NCBI GenBank assembly: GCA_964304625.1
Contig: OZ199838.1
Span: 6,497,731-6,561,730, forward strand
Origin: Kudoa neothunni
Taxonomy: Eukaryota; Animalia; Cnidaria
DNA length: 64,000 nucleotides
Direction of reading: 5' to 3'
The translations under genes were made by a program, and so were the position numbers. The notes below the pieces were generated by a model. That model saw only the letters and a program-made list of their open reading frames with translations, did no database searches and was not told the DNA's origin. Positions 52,718-64,000 of the stretch are shown one piece after another (within the stretch, counting starts at the first letter, position 1; each line of letters opens with the position of its first letter).

Positions 52718-55142
52718 TTAAACAGTAAAATAGCGGAGGTAACGATCCAATCCAACAGTAACCAAGGAGTGGGCATCCTTCGCAAACTTGCCGCACGTAA
52801 TCTGAGCCTTTGGAACTAGATTTCCAAAGTTAGAAAGGATATCAAACGAGGAAATGCAAAATTACCTTCAACCGAACCTACAACTTCCCAAGTTTTAGTA
52901 TCGAAAACGCTATATTATATTAAAATAAAAAAGATGTAATTAGTTGTTTATATCACCTTAATCCATTTCCACCAACAGCCAAATAACTTCCCGATTGATC
53001 GTATCTGAGAGTGTTCGGCTAAAAAGACATCATATTAACCACTAACATTTTAACTTCAAATAGGTCGAATTACCTTTATTGTAGGGTCAACAGTTATAGT
53101 CTTAATGGACTTTAGTTTTCTAAGATCCCACAAAGAAACGAAATAATCTTCATTATTTTTTTGTAAGGCGGAGAAATGGAATCTAAACAAATTGATTTAA
53201 TGAGTTATTCGTTGCCAACAAAACCCACCCATTTTCCGAGAAACACACAGACAATATGGTGCCATCATCACCACTAAACTTGGCCACATTTTCACAGGAG
53301 CAAATATCCCAAATGAAAATTTTACTAGAAGATAAAATGATAATTTTAGCACTCACTAAATAACATACTCAGAAGTAGGATTAGTGGTGGTACCAGCAAA
53401 GATAAGGCCATCAGGATGGCAACTTATAGAGCCCATTTCTAAAGTCAGTTGATATCAATAAGCCCGCTAGTTATTGCGCGATAAATGATATAATACCGAA
53501 CGAATCGGCCAACGTTCCGGTCTTGACTACTTGGTTGGTATTGATGTCAGAGAGATTCCACACCTTCAATAAACAATTGTTTTAAAAAGGTTAAAACAAA
53601 TTGTGAGAGATACATAGCGTTGTTCACCGGAAAGCAAATAATTCGGATACGGATGGATGTCAAAACCAACAACAGGGGATTTGTGAATCTTAATAAAAAA
53701 ACATATAAATTGCGATTAACTCTCAATAAACGGCTACTTTGAGTTTCGACAGCGCAGTAGCGTTTGATTCTTCTTTATAGTTCCAGACAGAAATGTCGTG
53801 GTCGGCAGAACAACTTATAATGCAGCTCTATCACATAAACACCGTTACATACTGAATGCTACACATTCTGAGTGAGTGTACATTGGTCTCGATGGGATGG
53901 AATTGAACATGATTGATTCGTTTGGTATGAGCTTTAACTTTATTGATCACTCGTTGAGATTCTTTGTCGAAGAGGACAAGATTTTTGTCAGCACCACCAG
54001 TGACAACAAACTCCGAATTTGGCTTTAGATCCAACGAAAACAACTTCCCTTCACGAGGACTATGAAGTGACTAGACAAACGCGGCCATGATAAATTAATA
54101 TTAATAATTAAAGAGATTGGCAAAAAACAAGACGTACATTATTTTCGTACACCTGATGAATGGAACTGAAATTGTCAACAGACGCCAACCCTTCGGGAAC
54201 AGTTTTGGATAGCTATATATAACATAATTCGAATCTTGAGCCCATCACAATTTGACTTACTTTTTTCCTGTTTTTGATGAGTTGTTTTGCAGTGTTTTCG
54301 ATCTAGAATTCAATTATAATCATCAAACTAATACCAATGCTTAATTTGAATAGAATCACATTTTCATTAACTGCTGGATGGCCCTTTTCATCATTATCCG
54401 CGTTTTCTTCCATCTTACGAAAAAACAGTAATGCAAAAACTAAAAGAATACTGAGAGCTACTTCCACGTCAGCGTGAATAGTTGCGGGTTGGGAATTTAT
54501 ATTAAAAGTACGAGATGCCATAGCTAAACACATTCTCACGTACAACAACAAAGCCAACTCATACCTTCTTCAACTTTTATTAATTCTCTCAACTGGCGAG
54601 CAATCACTCTACATGCGGCATCTTTCTGGTAAAGGGTGGTGTAAAGTTCTACAAAATTTCACACGTAACTAAATTATAGAAAGGAAAAACCTTTTTTTAG
54701 ACTGGCCATATTTTGAGAGAGCTGATGAGTGTACAACACAGTGGAATCCTACAAATATGTTTTAGCTTAACAATTTAAATAAAAAACTATTAATTACCCA
54801 TTCATCTTGCAAAAATTGCAACATTTGTGGAATACTGGTAACAGATGGTGCACGCGGTCTACCAATCGGTTGAACTAACACAAACAAAGATCCATTTTAT
54901 TAAGTTGTTAACAACCAGTCGGTTACTTTTCAGTTCAATAATGTCATCATTTGTCATAGTTTCCTTGGTAACTGGATCAGTTCCATATTCTTGGACCCAT
55001 TTCTCGAGAAGTCGTTTTTCAAAAAGAGACCTTGAAACTAACGACACTGCAGGAACTTGAGGTATTTCTCCACTAACTATGGGCGCAAATTGTTAACACA
55101 ATCATCGATTCAAAATAGAATACTAGCACAAACGAAAGCCAT
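52718..55142 (-). CDS. PRPF19: Pre-mRNA-processing factor 19 (U-box, coiled coil, WD40)
   Basis: MAFVCAISGEIPQVPAVSLVSRSLFEKRLLEKWVQEYGTDPVT; TSIPQMLQFLQDEWDS; LYQKDAACRVIAR; WD repeats (VVTGGADKNLVLFD, HPDGLIF, FSENGG, LWDLRKL). Stop at 52718. Many short GT-AG introns. Confidence 0.93.
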
Positions 55143-56346
55143 AGAGTTGATACAGCGGCGATTAAGTGCGATGGGCGCATGCGTAACGAGGAATAATCGT
55201 TGTTCTAAATACCGCCATCATACTTATCAGCTGGTTTACTCGGAAAAAATTAATTGTTTTACGCGGTGAAATTCTTATCAGAGAATTCCGTGAGTAAATA
55301 TTGTTCAACAGAAAAATAAATCACTTTATTTGGAATTATCTTTATTGGAAACAGTTATATTCGATTTATTATCTTTGAGATCGAGGCTGTGCAAAACAAC
55401 GGTGATGTATGGGATGTTGTTTACACAACAACTCATCTGATTCTAACATGCTACAAAATTTGTTGACGTCAAAATGGAACAAAATGAAAATTTAATTCCT
55501 TTGACGTTTAATCCTCAAAAATATGGTCATAAAAACTTCCAGATTGTGTAATTGTGTATTTTGGTGGCAGAATATACAGAAAAATTTTGGCGCAAATTAA
55601 TCCGCAGGTAAGACCCACGAAGATAATGATGTGATCGACAAATGCAATATTCTCTATTTATCAGCAATTTCTATTCGATAATATACAGAGATTATAAGAC
55701 GACCAACACTGTGTACTATATTTATTTAATTTTATACAAAACAAAGAGGAATCGATGGTTCGCAGAATAATAATTTAATACTTATTCGAAATTAGATATT
55801 TAGTGTTGAGAATAAATTTCAAATTATTCATAATGAGATTAAAAACATAACTTACTAAATTTTATTTTAGAACAGGTTAATCATGATTAATTGTCGCGCT
55901 GGTAATAGGATGAATTTTCGGTATCCAACTACACTATTAGTATTATAAAGAAATCATTAAACATTCACAATTCTAGATCATCATAATAAATCTCATGTAT
56001 TGAAGAAAAAATGTGAATAAATACAATTAGCAGAAACATTTTTTGTACTGAATCCAATTTGGTATTCACAATAAGTGATCCGGATTAATTCGCCTAAACT
56101 TTAGACCTACGGTTCTTAATATTTTTAGAAATATCAAATTCTAATAATTATATGGTATAATTATCAAAATTTTGCTATTGTTAAAAATTGTCCTTTCATT
56201 CTACTCACAACATAATTAATTAAATTTATTAAAACGAATAAATAAAAATTATGTTAGAATTAAGGTAAAAATTAAAATGAAGGGATCGAATGTTGAGATT
56301 TTACTGACCCAACTCAAGTTAAGAACAGCTGCTTTAGACTTTAAAA

Positions 56347-57039
56347 CAATGTTTCCAATCGGCAAGAAGGAGGAAAATTGTGGACAGGCATGGGAATTTT
56401 TGAACGTTAGATTAACCGTTCTGGTAGGACGCGGAACATCTTGATCATTGATGTGACATGGATAATGATGAAATAATGGGGCAGAGTGGTGTATTATGTC
56501 ATCAATGTCGCAGTTTTCGACATTGGTTGTTTTTAAATTACTGTTAATATCACAAAATAATTAAAATGGCAATAACTAATTATATACAAACAAATTGTAA
56601 TATTTAACGTAGTCTCTACTCTACTCCAATAGAATAGGAACGTTTTAACTCCCAATTGTGTCTCATTCATAATCGTGATCCCTCTTTTTTGATTTAACCT
56701 AATATAATATTGATTAATTTGCTATCTAGAGTGTTTTTAGGTTAATAAGTCCCGTATACACAATACTCTTGTCTAATGTAGGTTCGATTAGGATTACCAG
56801 GAGTTTTACTTAACTCTGTTTTTGATAGAATGAAGAACTAAAGGCGTTAATTTTTATGATCCATCGATCAATTAAATTAGAGCCGATCAATACATTTTTA
56901 TGAGAAAGTAATAAATATTATTTTCTTCCAAATATTTATGTGATAAGGAGCCTTATTCAAAGTAATTGGCGGTTTAGGTTCAACAATCAATACCTTCCAA
57001 AAGGGTGGGGCGCGATGGAAAAAAGGTTGGAAAACGCTT
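56347..57039 (+). mobile_element. hAT MITE, copy B (same family as 51707-52393)
   Basis: Co-linear similarity to copy A (ccgttctg, gataatg.tga.ataat, cccgtatacac, ggattacca.gagttt, gaatgaagaac.aaag..gttaatttttatg.tccatc). Degenerate TIRs, no TSD. Confidence 0.65.
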
Positions 57040-57320
57040 GTCCAATGCTAACTTTGGGGCTGGCATTTAATGAAAACGTGTACAAATGGGTGTTCGTTTT
57101 ATAAAACATTTACTCAGTTAAGATTGCGTTATTTGATAAATTTTATACAAATTATTATATTTATAAAAAATTTATGTATTGTAAGTATTTTTTTCATTGA
57201 TATATTAAACAAGAACCTGTCATTCATTGTATGAATATAATTGAAACTTGATGTCCAGCATTTCTCGCTGTAGGTTTACCCCAATTTATTTATTAGTTTC
57301 CACCACAAAAACTATATTAA

Positions 57321-59621
57321 CCTTCTAAGTAACATGGGGTGAAAAAAGACCCCAGATTTTTATTTGTTATTTCAATACTACATAATTCAGTATTTCCAAA
57401 AATAAAGGAAGACTTAAATTTAAGAGTAGCTTCATGTCGAAAAAAGACAAATACTTAAAACCAGCCTTAGCGCGCAAGCGCGGAACTTTGTTTTAGTGGC
57501 GATAGAGTATTTTTTAGCAAGTAGCGATGATAGCATCGATGAATCTGAACCCGATACATTGGATTTGGTATATACAAGGGGGTCTGATAGTGAAGACGTT
57601 GAAGATGAATCCATGATTTGCGAGTATGTTGATTCCCTCGCTGATAAAAATAATAATTTGTGGAGCGTCGTGAAACAGAGAAAAACAAAAGATGCAGCGG
57701 AAAACATGGTAAATTTTAAATAAGGTGTGACTCCATACGCCACTCAAAGAATTTCTAATATCGCTGGATGTTTTCAACATTTTTTCCCCTTGGAAATAAT
57801 GAACAAAATCATCGAATTTACCAACCAATATGGAAATACTCATTATGGGAATAAATGGGGAAAACGTTGACGTTGATGAACTAAATGGCTTTACTGGATA
57901 TATCTTATATATGGCTATCCATAAAGATCGACAATAACCATTAGTTGATTTGTTTAGTTCTACTGAAGGCAGGCAAATATACAAGGATTTATTTTCTCTG
58001 CGAAGATTTAGGCAATTAACCAGAGCGATCCATTTTGATGACACAAACACAAGAGAGCAGAAAAAATTACTGGATAAATTTTGCTCCATTAGAGAGATCT
58101 GGGATATCTGGGTAAATATTGCGAGCAAAAGTTATAATCCATGGTTTGATGTGTGTCTTGACGAACAGTTGGTATCCTTTAGAGGTAACTGCTCCGTCAG
58201 GCAATATATAATGAATAAACCTGCGAAATACGGGTTAAAATTTTTTTTACTAGTAGATCCACAAACTTCATATGTATTAAATATGGATGCATATATTGGT
58301 AAAAAATGTTCGACTGATGCCAAAGTTCATGATGTTGGTAAGAGTATTGCTCTCAAATTAACTGAAAATCTAATTGGTTCAGGATGCAATTTAGTTTGCG
58401 ATAATTATTTTACATCGATTCCTTTGGCTGATGAATTGATCAAAAGAAGAATGACCATAATTGGTACAATTCGTAAAAACAAACGAGATATACCACCATT
58501 CCTACTATCTAATAGAAGAACCCCGGTGAATGAATCAAAATTTGTTTTCAATGGAAAGAAAATGTTGGTATCGTTCGCTCCAAAGAAAAATAAGAACGTC
58601 CTCCTATTGTGTTCATCTAATCATAACACAAAAATTTCTAGAATATTTCCTCATAAGCCAGATGTTATCCTACAGTATAATGCGGCTAAAGGAGGCGTTG
58701 ACACAGTGGATCGTATGTTGGCGTCGGTTCCAGTGAGGCGATTCACCAGAAGATGGCCGTTAGCTGTGTTTTACAACATGATTGATATCTCACTTGTAAA
58801 TGCGTTTGTAGTTTACAAGGAGATATTTAACGAACCAAATATTAAAAGAAGAGACTTTTTGAAAAAAGTCGCTTTTGAATTATCGGAACCATTAAACATT
58901 AGGAAGAACAAAATTCCACAGTTAATAGAGCGTACAAGTTCCATAAATCCTCGACATCCCGTTGGAAAATATTGCAAAAAAAGATGTATCTGGTGTCATC
59001 GAGACAAAGATAAAAAAACGACCATCACATGTGATCTATGTAAGCGTCCATGTTGCAAGGAACATACAACTTTATTCTTACAAAGATTGTTCTTTATAGT
59101 TATTTATAACATGAATTTTAATTAGTTTGTTCACAAGATTAATGTTAGTTTATTACAGTTGTTCAATTATTTTCTATATATCAGATAATTTTTAAACTTA
59201 ACTTATTTACTCCTAAACAATGGAATTAAAATAGAAATTATTGAATGAAATGAACGCCTGTGTAGTTTGCTGAATCACGTTTAGATTGCCAATTTTACAT
59301 TATGAAAATATAAAAATTTATTTTTGTTTCAATAAATCACTTATAGTTTATGGATTTTTTATATTTTATAAGGATTTTAGGAGAATTCTACAAACAGTCA
59401 TTTTAAATTTCGGCAATCGCGCGTTATATTGACAATATGCACGTGTGCACATGCACGGAAAAATTTAAAACGTGGAAATAATATGGAAAACCTACAAATT
59501 TTACAATTTTATTTCATTTTTAGTAAATAATCTAAGGATGTGAAATCTGCAAAAAACTTTTGGGGTCTTTTTTCACCCCATTGTTACTCAGAAGGTGCCC
59601 AATTTTGTGTTACTTAGAAGG
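57321..59621 (+). mobile_element. Full-length piggyBac transposon with inactivated transposase
   Basis: TTAA TSDs. Perfect 14-bp TIR CCTTCTAAGTAACA plus asymmetric internal IR ggggtgaaaaaagacccc. DDD motifs (CLDEQL, VCDNYF, GGVDTVD) and a C-terminal Cys-rich domain in ORF 57950-59125. Stops and frameshifts in the 5' third (e.g. TAA at 57721). Confidence 0.95.
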
Positions 59622-59840
59622 TTAATAATATTACTATTTCAAGCCAGAAGTTGATTATTAAGTGTGTGAAACTAAATAATGCGAATATATCTTATTATAA
59701 AATATATTTGATTACCCCCCACGCATTTTAGATTTTAAACTCATATTCCAGTTAAAAATATTCCTTGTTGTTAATAAAGGTATTTTCATGTAAAACTTAA
59801 AATTTTGTAAGTCATGAATAAGCGCGCTTATTATTTATAA

Positions 59841-60358
59841 CAGGGGTCGGGAACTTATGGCTCGTGAGCTAGATGTGGCTCTTGGATGGTTGCGTCTGGC
59901 TCACAGACAAATTTTCAATCTAAAAAATACATTTTTAAAGTCCTTTGCGTATATGCATATGTCAAACGGTCACTATGGAAAATAGGTTACCTACTGTATC
60001 TCACCCTGCAGCGTGCGAGTATCGTTGTAATGACAATGTTTGGCTCTACGTTGCATGTGAGCAGTCTTTCTACATCTATAGGGCATGAAGACCAAACTAC
60101 AAATCATACGAAAAACCTTTCAGAGCCAGAAGTCGCAATGATTATGAGAAATAACCTTCAATGATTAACAATGACGTAACAATGTTATGAAAAAGAATTT
60201 AATGACTTGTTTTACTTTAAAGCGTTGGAATAATATTAAACGCGAACATGTATTTCTATTTTTAATTTTAAAACATGTTGTATGACTCTCATGTAATTAG
60301 TTTTTAAAAAATATGTGGCCTTTGTGGCTCACTCATCAAAAAAGGTTCCAGACCCCTA
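59841..60358 (+). mobile_element. Internally deleted Charlie-group hAT element
   Basis: TIR CAGGGGTCGGGAAC / gttccagacccct. 8-bp TSD atttataa / atctataa (7 of 8). Internal remnant LQRASIVVMTMFGST..ACEQSF of the hAT C-terminal dimerisation domain. Confidence 0.8.
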
Positions 60359-61514
60359 ATCTATAACAATGTGACCCTTTTTTGTATTAATTTTTTTTGT
60401 TTTATTCGGCTAATAAAGTTCCATTTTCCTCCATATAACTCGATAGTCTTCACGGAGCGATCTAGTATAATGTTTTCTACAGTTTAAGTTAATCTAATAC
60501 TTATTATGAAGAATTTTCACTTTACTATCGGATATTACATAATCTTCTAGAATATCAACGTCAAAGAAGTTCAGTGAACCTGCAGAAAACACGTACTACA
60601 TGCCCCCTTCACCTAATTTATTTCAACCCAAAAATGACGATAATTGAATGATGCACATACACATTGGTATTTCATTCAATCACTCAATTGATGTGAAAAC
60701 AGTGTACCATCGTGGCTACCCAAAATCATATTTTTCGTATATATAATGCTTATTTTGAGCTCCCTTATCGAAATTAGTACGAAAATAAAAAAATTACCAT
60801 CAATGACAGTTTTTATTAACCACAATTTGTAATCAAAATTTCACCCACAAAATTAAATAATGTACTATATAATTATATACTGAGTAAATATTTTCATACG
60901 GTTAGGAAAACTAATTAGCTAAAATGCTTTGACGATTTGTACCGTTAGAAAAATTTGACAAAAGATAATCTACCTAGTAAATAAACCTAAAGTAAACTTT
61001 AACCCATCTGATTGATTTTACGTTTAAATCGCACCAATCTATAATTAAAATAAAACTGAAGAAAATAAAATTTTAAAATACACAACATTAATAGAAAATA
61101 CGAATTTCCGAGAATAACGGACAGAATGACAAAAACGGCGACTCAACGACATCTTGCGAAAAGCTGAGCGAAAGTTAGCGACTAATTTCTTCAATTCTAT
61201 TCCGACCATTAAATTTTAACCTCATGATTTTAGTGAGGTGGTATTTGGGAATAAATATTTTAAGTAACCAAATTCACAGAAATATCGATGAAATCATTAA
61301 AAGCTGAAACAAATAATAATAAATTGACTGCAAAATGTTTAATACAATAGAGTTGATTTGACTGAAGTTAATTAAAATTTGATTTAATTAAATTATTTCG
61401 TTTAAGAATATTTATAACACATTCAATAAGACCCACGTGATAAGTCAAAACATTTCGGGGTTAAAATCTTCCACTTATTCCGCATTCGGTGTTTTTAGGC
61501 AATACAAGTGTAGG

Positions 61515-64000
61515 ATGCATACCGTTTTATTGCAATCAAAAAATATACCATCAAGTAGGTTTATGTGGCAGTTTAACTTATTCAAAGTTGTTTAGTTGTT
61601 TATTTATACAAGGAATTGTATGGAGAGACAAATGATAGAGTTAAATTTGAGGCTTCCAGTAGATTTTGTTTAAAGCTGGAAAATGGATCTATTCTGGAAG
61701 GTTTGGATACTGTGTTGAGGTTTTTATCGAAAAATTTGTCAGAAGAACAGCGTATGAAGATACTTGGGTCATCTTCTTCTAAAATGGATCTTTCAACTGA
61801 ATCACAAGTATTAACTAATGTTTTATCAAAGTTTAATTTTTGTCAAATTATACAGATTGATTATTGGACCAACAAAATGTATGCGACACCAGCCAAAGTG
61901 AAGGATGTTATAGTGAATGAGATGTTGAAGCATTTTAAAGCTGAACGTCATTATTTCCTTGGTGATCAACTGAGCTTGATTGATGTCTATTTGAGGATGG
62001 TAGTGCATGATAATCCAAAGTTGTTGAACGAAATGAAAAAAGTTGACAAAAAAGGACTGATAGATAAATGGTTACATAGTTGTTCCAGTAGTGATTTTAT
62101 GAGAAAATTTATCGAAGCATCTAGCAAGAAAAACACTAATGGCGATGTGCAATCGAAAAAGTGCGCACTTCCGGACCTGCCAAATGCAATAAACGGCGGG
62201 GTGGTGACTAGGTTTCCTCCGGAAGCTTCTGGTTATCTACACATTGGTCACGCAAAAGCGGCTCTTCTAAATCAATTGTACAAAGAAAAGTATAATGGAA
62301 AATTGGTGATGCGTTTTGATGATACCAACCCGTCGAAGGAAAATGAGTTATTTGAAAGAATTATTTTAGAAGATATCAAACTGTTGGGTCTCATGCCTGA
62401 CCGATTTACCAGAACGTCTGATCACTTTGAGCGACTAATGGAATATGCAAAGCAGATGATTTTATCTGGTGATGCCTTTTGTGATGATACATCAGCGGAA
62501 GAAATGAAGAACCAGCGTCTCAATAAGCTCCCCTCAGAATGTCGGAATAATTCTCTCGAAACAAACTTAGAAATGTGGGACCAAATGGTCAAAGGGACTG
62601 ACGCCGGTCAAAAATATTGTTTGCGTGCCAAGATCGATTATACCTCTCTTAACGGCTGTATGCGAGATCCCACCATCTACAGATGTAAGCAAGAACCTCA
62701 TCTTATCACCAAAGATCGATTCAAATGTTATCCTACCTATGATTTTTCTTGTCCTATTGTGGACAGTGTCGAAAATGTCACTCACGCACTCAGAACATCG
62801 GAATATGTAGATCGTGACCAGCAATATTATTGGTTTATCGACAAGTTGAATCTACGTAAACCCACGATATGTTCGTTTAGTCGTCTCAATTTGAAATACA
62901 CTTTGATGTCCAAAAGAAAGCTCGCATGGTTGGTTGATAATGGAATAGTTGAGGGTTGGGATGACGCACGTCTTCCAACTGTTAGAGGCTTATTGCGCCG
63001 TGGTTTGGAGTTGGATGCTTTAAGAAGTTTCATCATTTCACAAGGTTTCTCAAAAAATGTCAATAACATGGATCCATCCACCGTTTGGGCGATGAACAAG
63101 CAAATTCTTGAATCTACTGCTCATAGGTTTACAGCTCTCAAATCAGATAGTTTAGTTGAGGCTGTTATCGATAATTTTGATAGTTGTCAAATTGATCGTA
63201 CTGCTCAATTTCCTCTTATCGCCTCAAATTCGGATTGTGGAGTTAAAACAGTGTTCTACAGTAACAATGTTTGGTTGGAAAAAGATGACGTCTCCTGTAT
63301 GAAAGTAAACGATAGAATAACTCTGATCTCCTTGGGCAACGCCATAGTTAAAGAGATTAACGCAAGTGACCAAACAAATAAACCAAAAATTCACTTAGAA
63401 TTATGTCCTCAGGATAAATCCTATAAAGGGACACTAAAAGTTACCTGGTTACCCGTGGAATCATCTTCTGCTAGCATAACAAACGTGAAGTTGGAGATTG
63501 TTTACTATGGTAATATTCTGAAAAAGCCCTCCCTAAATGAATTTGTTAGCTTTGAGGATTCTGTTGAACGCGATTCCGAGTTGATTGTTCCAATGAGAGG
63601 TGAAAGTGCTTTAATGAATGTTCAAGTGGGTCAGAAAATTCAGATTCTACGTAAAGGATTTTTCATTTGTGATAGCATTGTGAAAAGTGGATCCGAGCCT
63701 ATTCTACGTTTGTTTAACATTCCTGATGGTTCTAAAAGTTGTTTCGAGTCAACGACAACAACAACAACAGCTGAACCCACAAAGAAAGTAGAAACTGAGT
63801 CACCTAAATTGAACCCAAAAAATGGTAAGAGTGTGTCAGATGTTGATGAGAAAAACCTCGAAAAGCTTATTATCGAGCAGGGTAACAAGGTGCGAACTCT
63901 AAAATCTGATAAAACCTCCTCACCAGATATCATTAAAGGCGAGGTTGAGAAACTGCTGAATTTGAAGAAAAGTTATGAGCAGAAAACCGGTAAACCTTAT
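61515..64000 (+). CDS. EPRS: Bifunctional glutamyl-prolyl-tRNA synthetase, 5' part (GST-like domain, GluRS, first WHEP repeat); continues beyond the window
   Basis: ATG at 61515, intron 61555-61595, probable intron 61808-61855. VVTRFPPEASGYLHIGHAK, MRFDDTNP, MRDPTIYRC, YPTYDFSCP, THALRT, MSKRKL, GWDDARLPTVRG. WHEP-like IEQGNKVRTLK...EVEKLLNLKKSYEQKTG at the window end. Confidence 0.93.

Noticed and set aside
34230-55142. Functional clustering of two spliceosomal U-box genes (PPIL2 and PRP19)
   Set aside because: They are about 14 kb apart with DNAJA and transposons between them; chance cannot be excluded without synteny data.
55370-55660. Possible gene head-to-head with PRP19 (MLQNLLTSKWNK...)
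   Set aside because: Short, stop-interrupted, with no recognisable family or consistent exon chain.
1-64000. Alternative genetic code, non-canonical introns, CRISPR arrays, tRNA/rRNA/snRNA genes
   Set aside because: Long ORFs translate well with the standard code, the introns I resolved are GT-AG, and no repeat-spacer array or RNA-gene signature was recognised by eye.

Overview
AT-rich eukaryotic (animal) genomic DNA with short canonical GT-AG introns, mostly about 40-60 bp. The strongly diverged proteins and compact introns suggest a fast-evolving, possibly parasitic lineage such as a myxozoan (inference only). Genes in order: a very divergent TRRAP/Tra1 (to 15354, +); a tandem cluster of three LOTUS/OST-HTH-domain genes with no Tudor domains (about 22.6-31.4 kb, +), one with a TDRD5/TDRD7-type extended LOTUS; a SIRT2-like sirtuin (-) head-to-head with PPIL2/Cyp60 (+); a DNAJA-type Hsp40 (-) with a heat-shock element; PRP19 (-); and the 5' part of EPRS (+, runs off the window). 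Intergenic DNA is packed with DNA transposons (MULE, Helitron, piggyBac, Ginger-like, hAT, Merlin, pogo/Tigger), including a hAT with two other superfamilies inserted in it. Single-base indels between about 29.6 and 34.8 kb and at 40407 break otherwise conserved genes and are probably assembly errors. The best candidate novel system is the Tudor-less LOTUS cluster (a possible germ-granule/Vasa-scaffold module). All homology calls are from motif recognition by eye; no searches were run.
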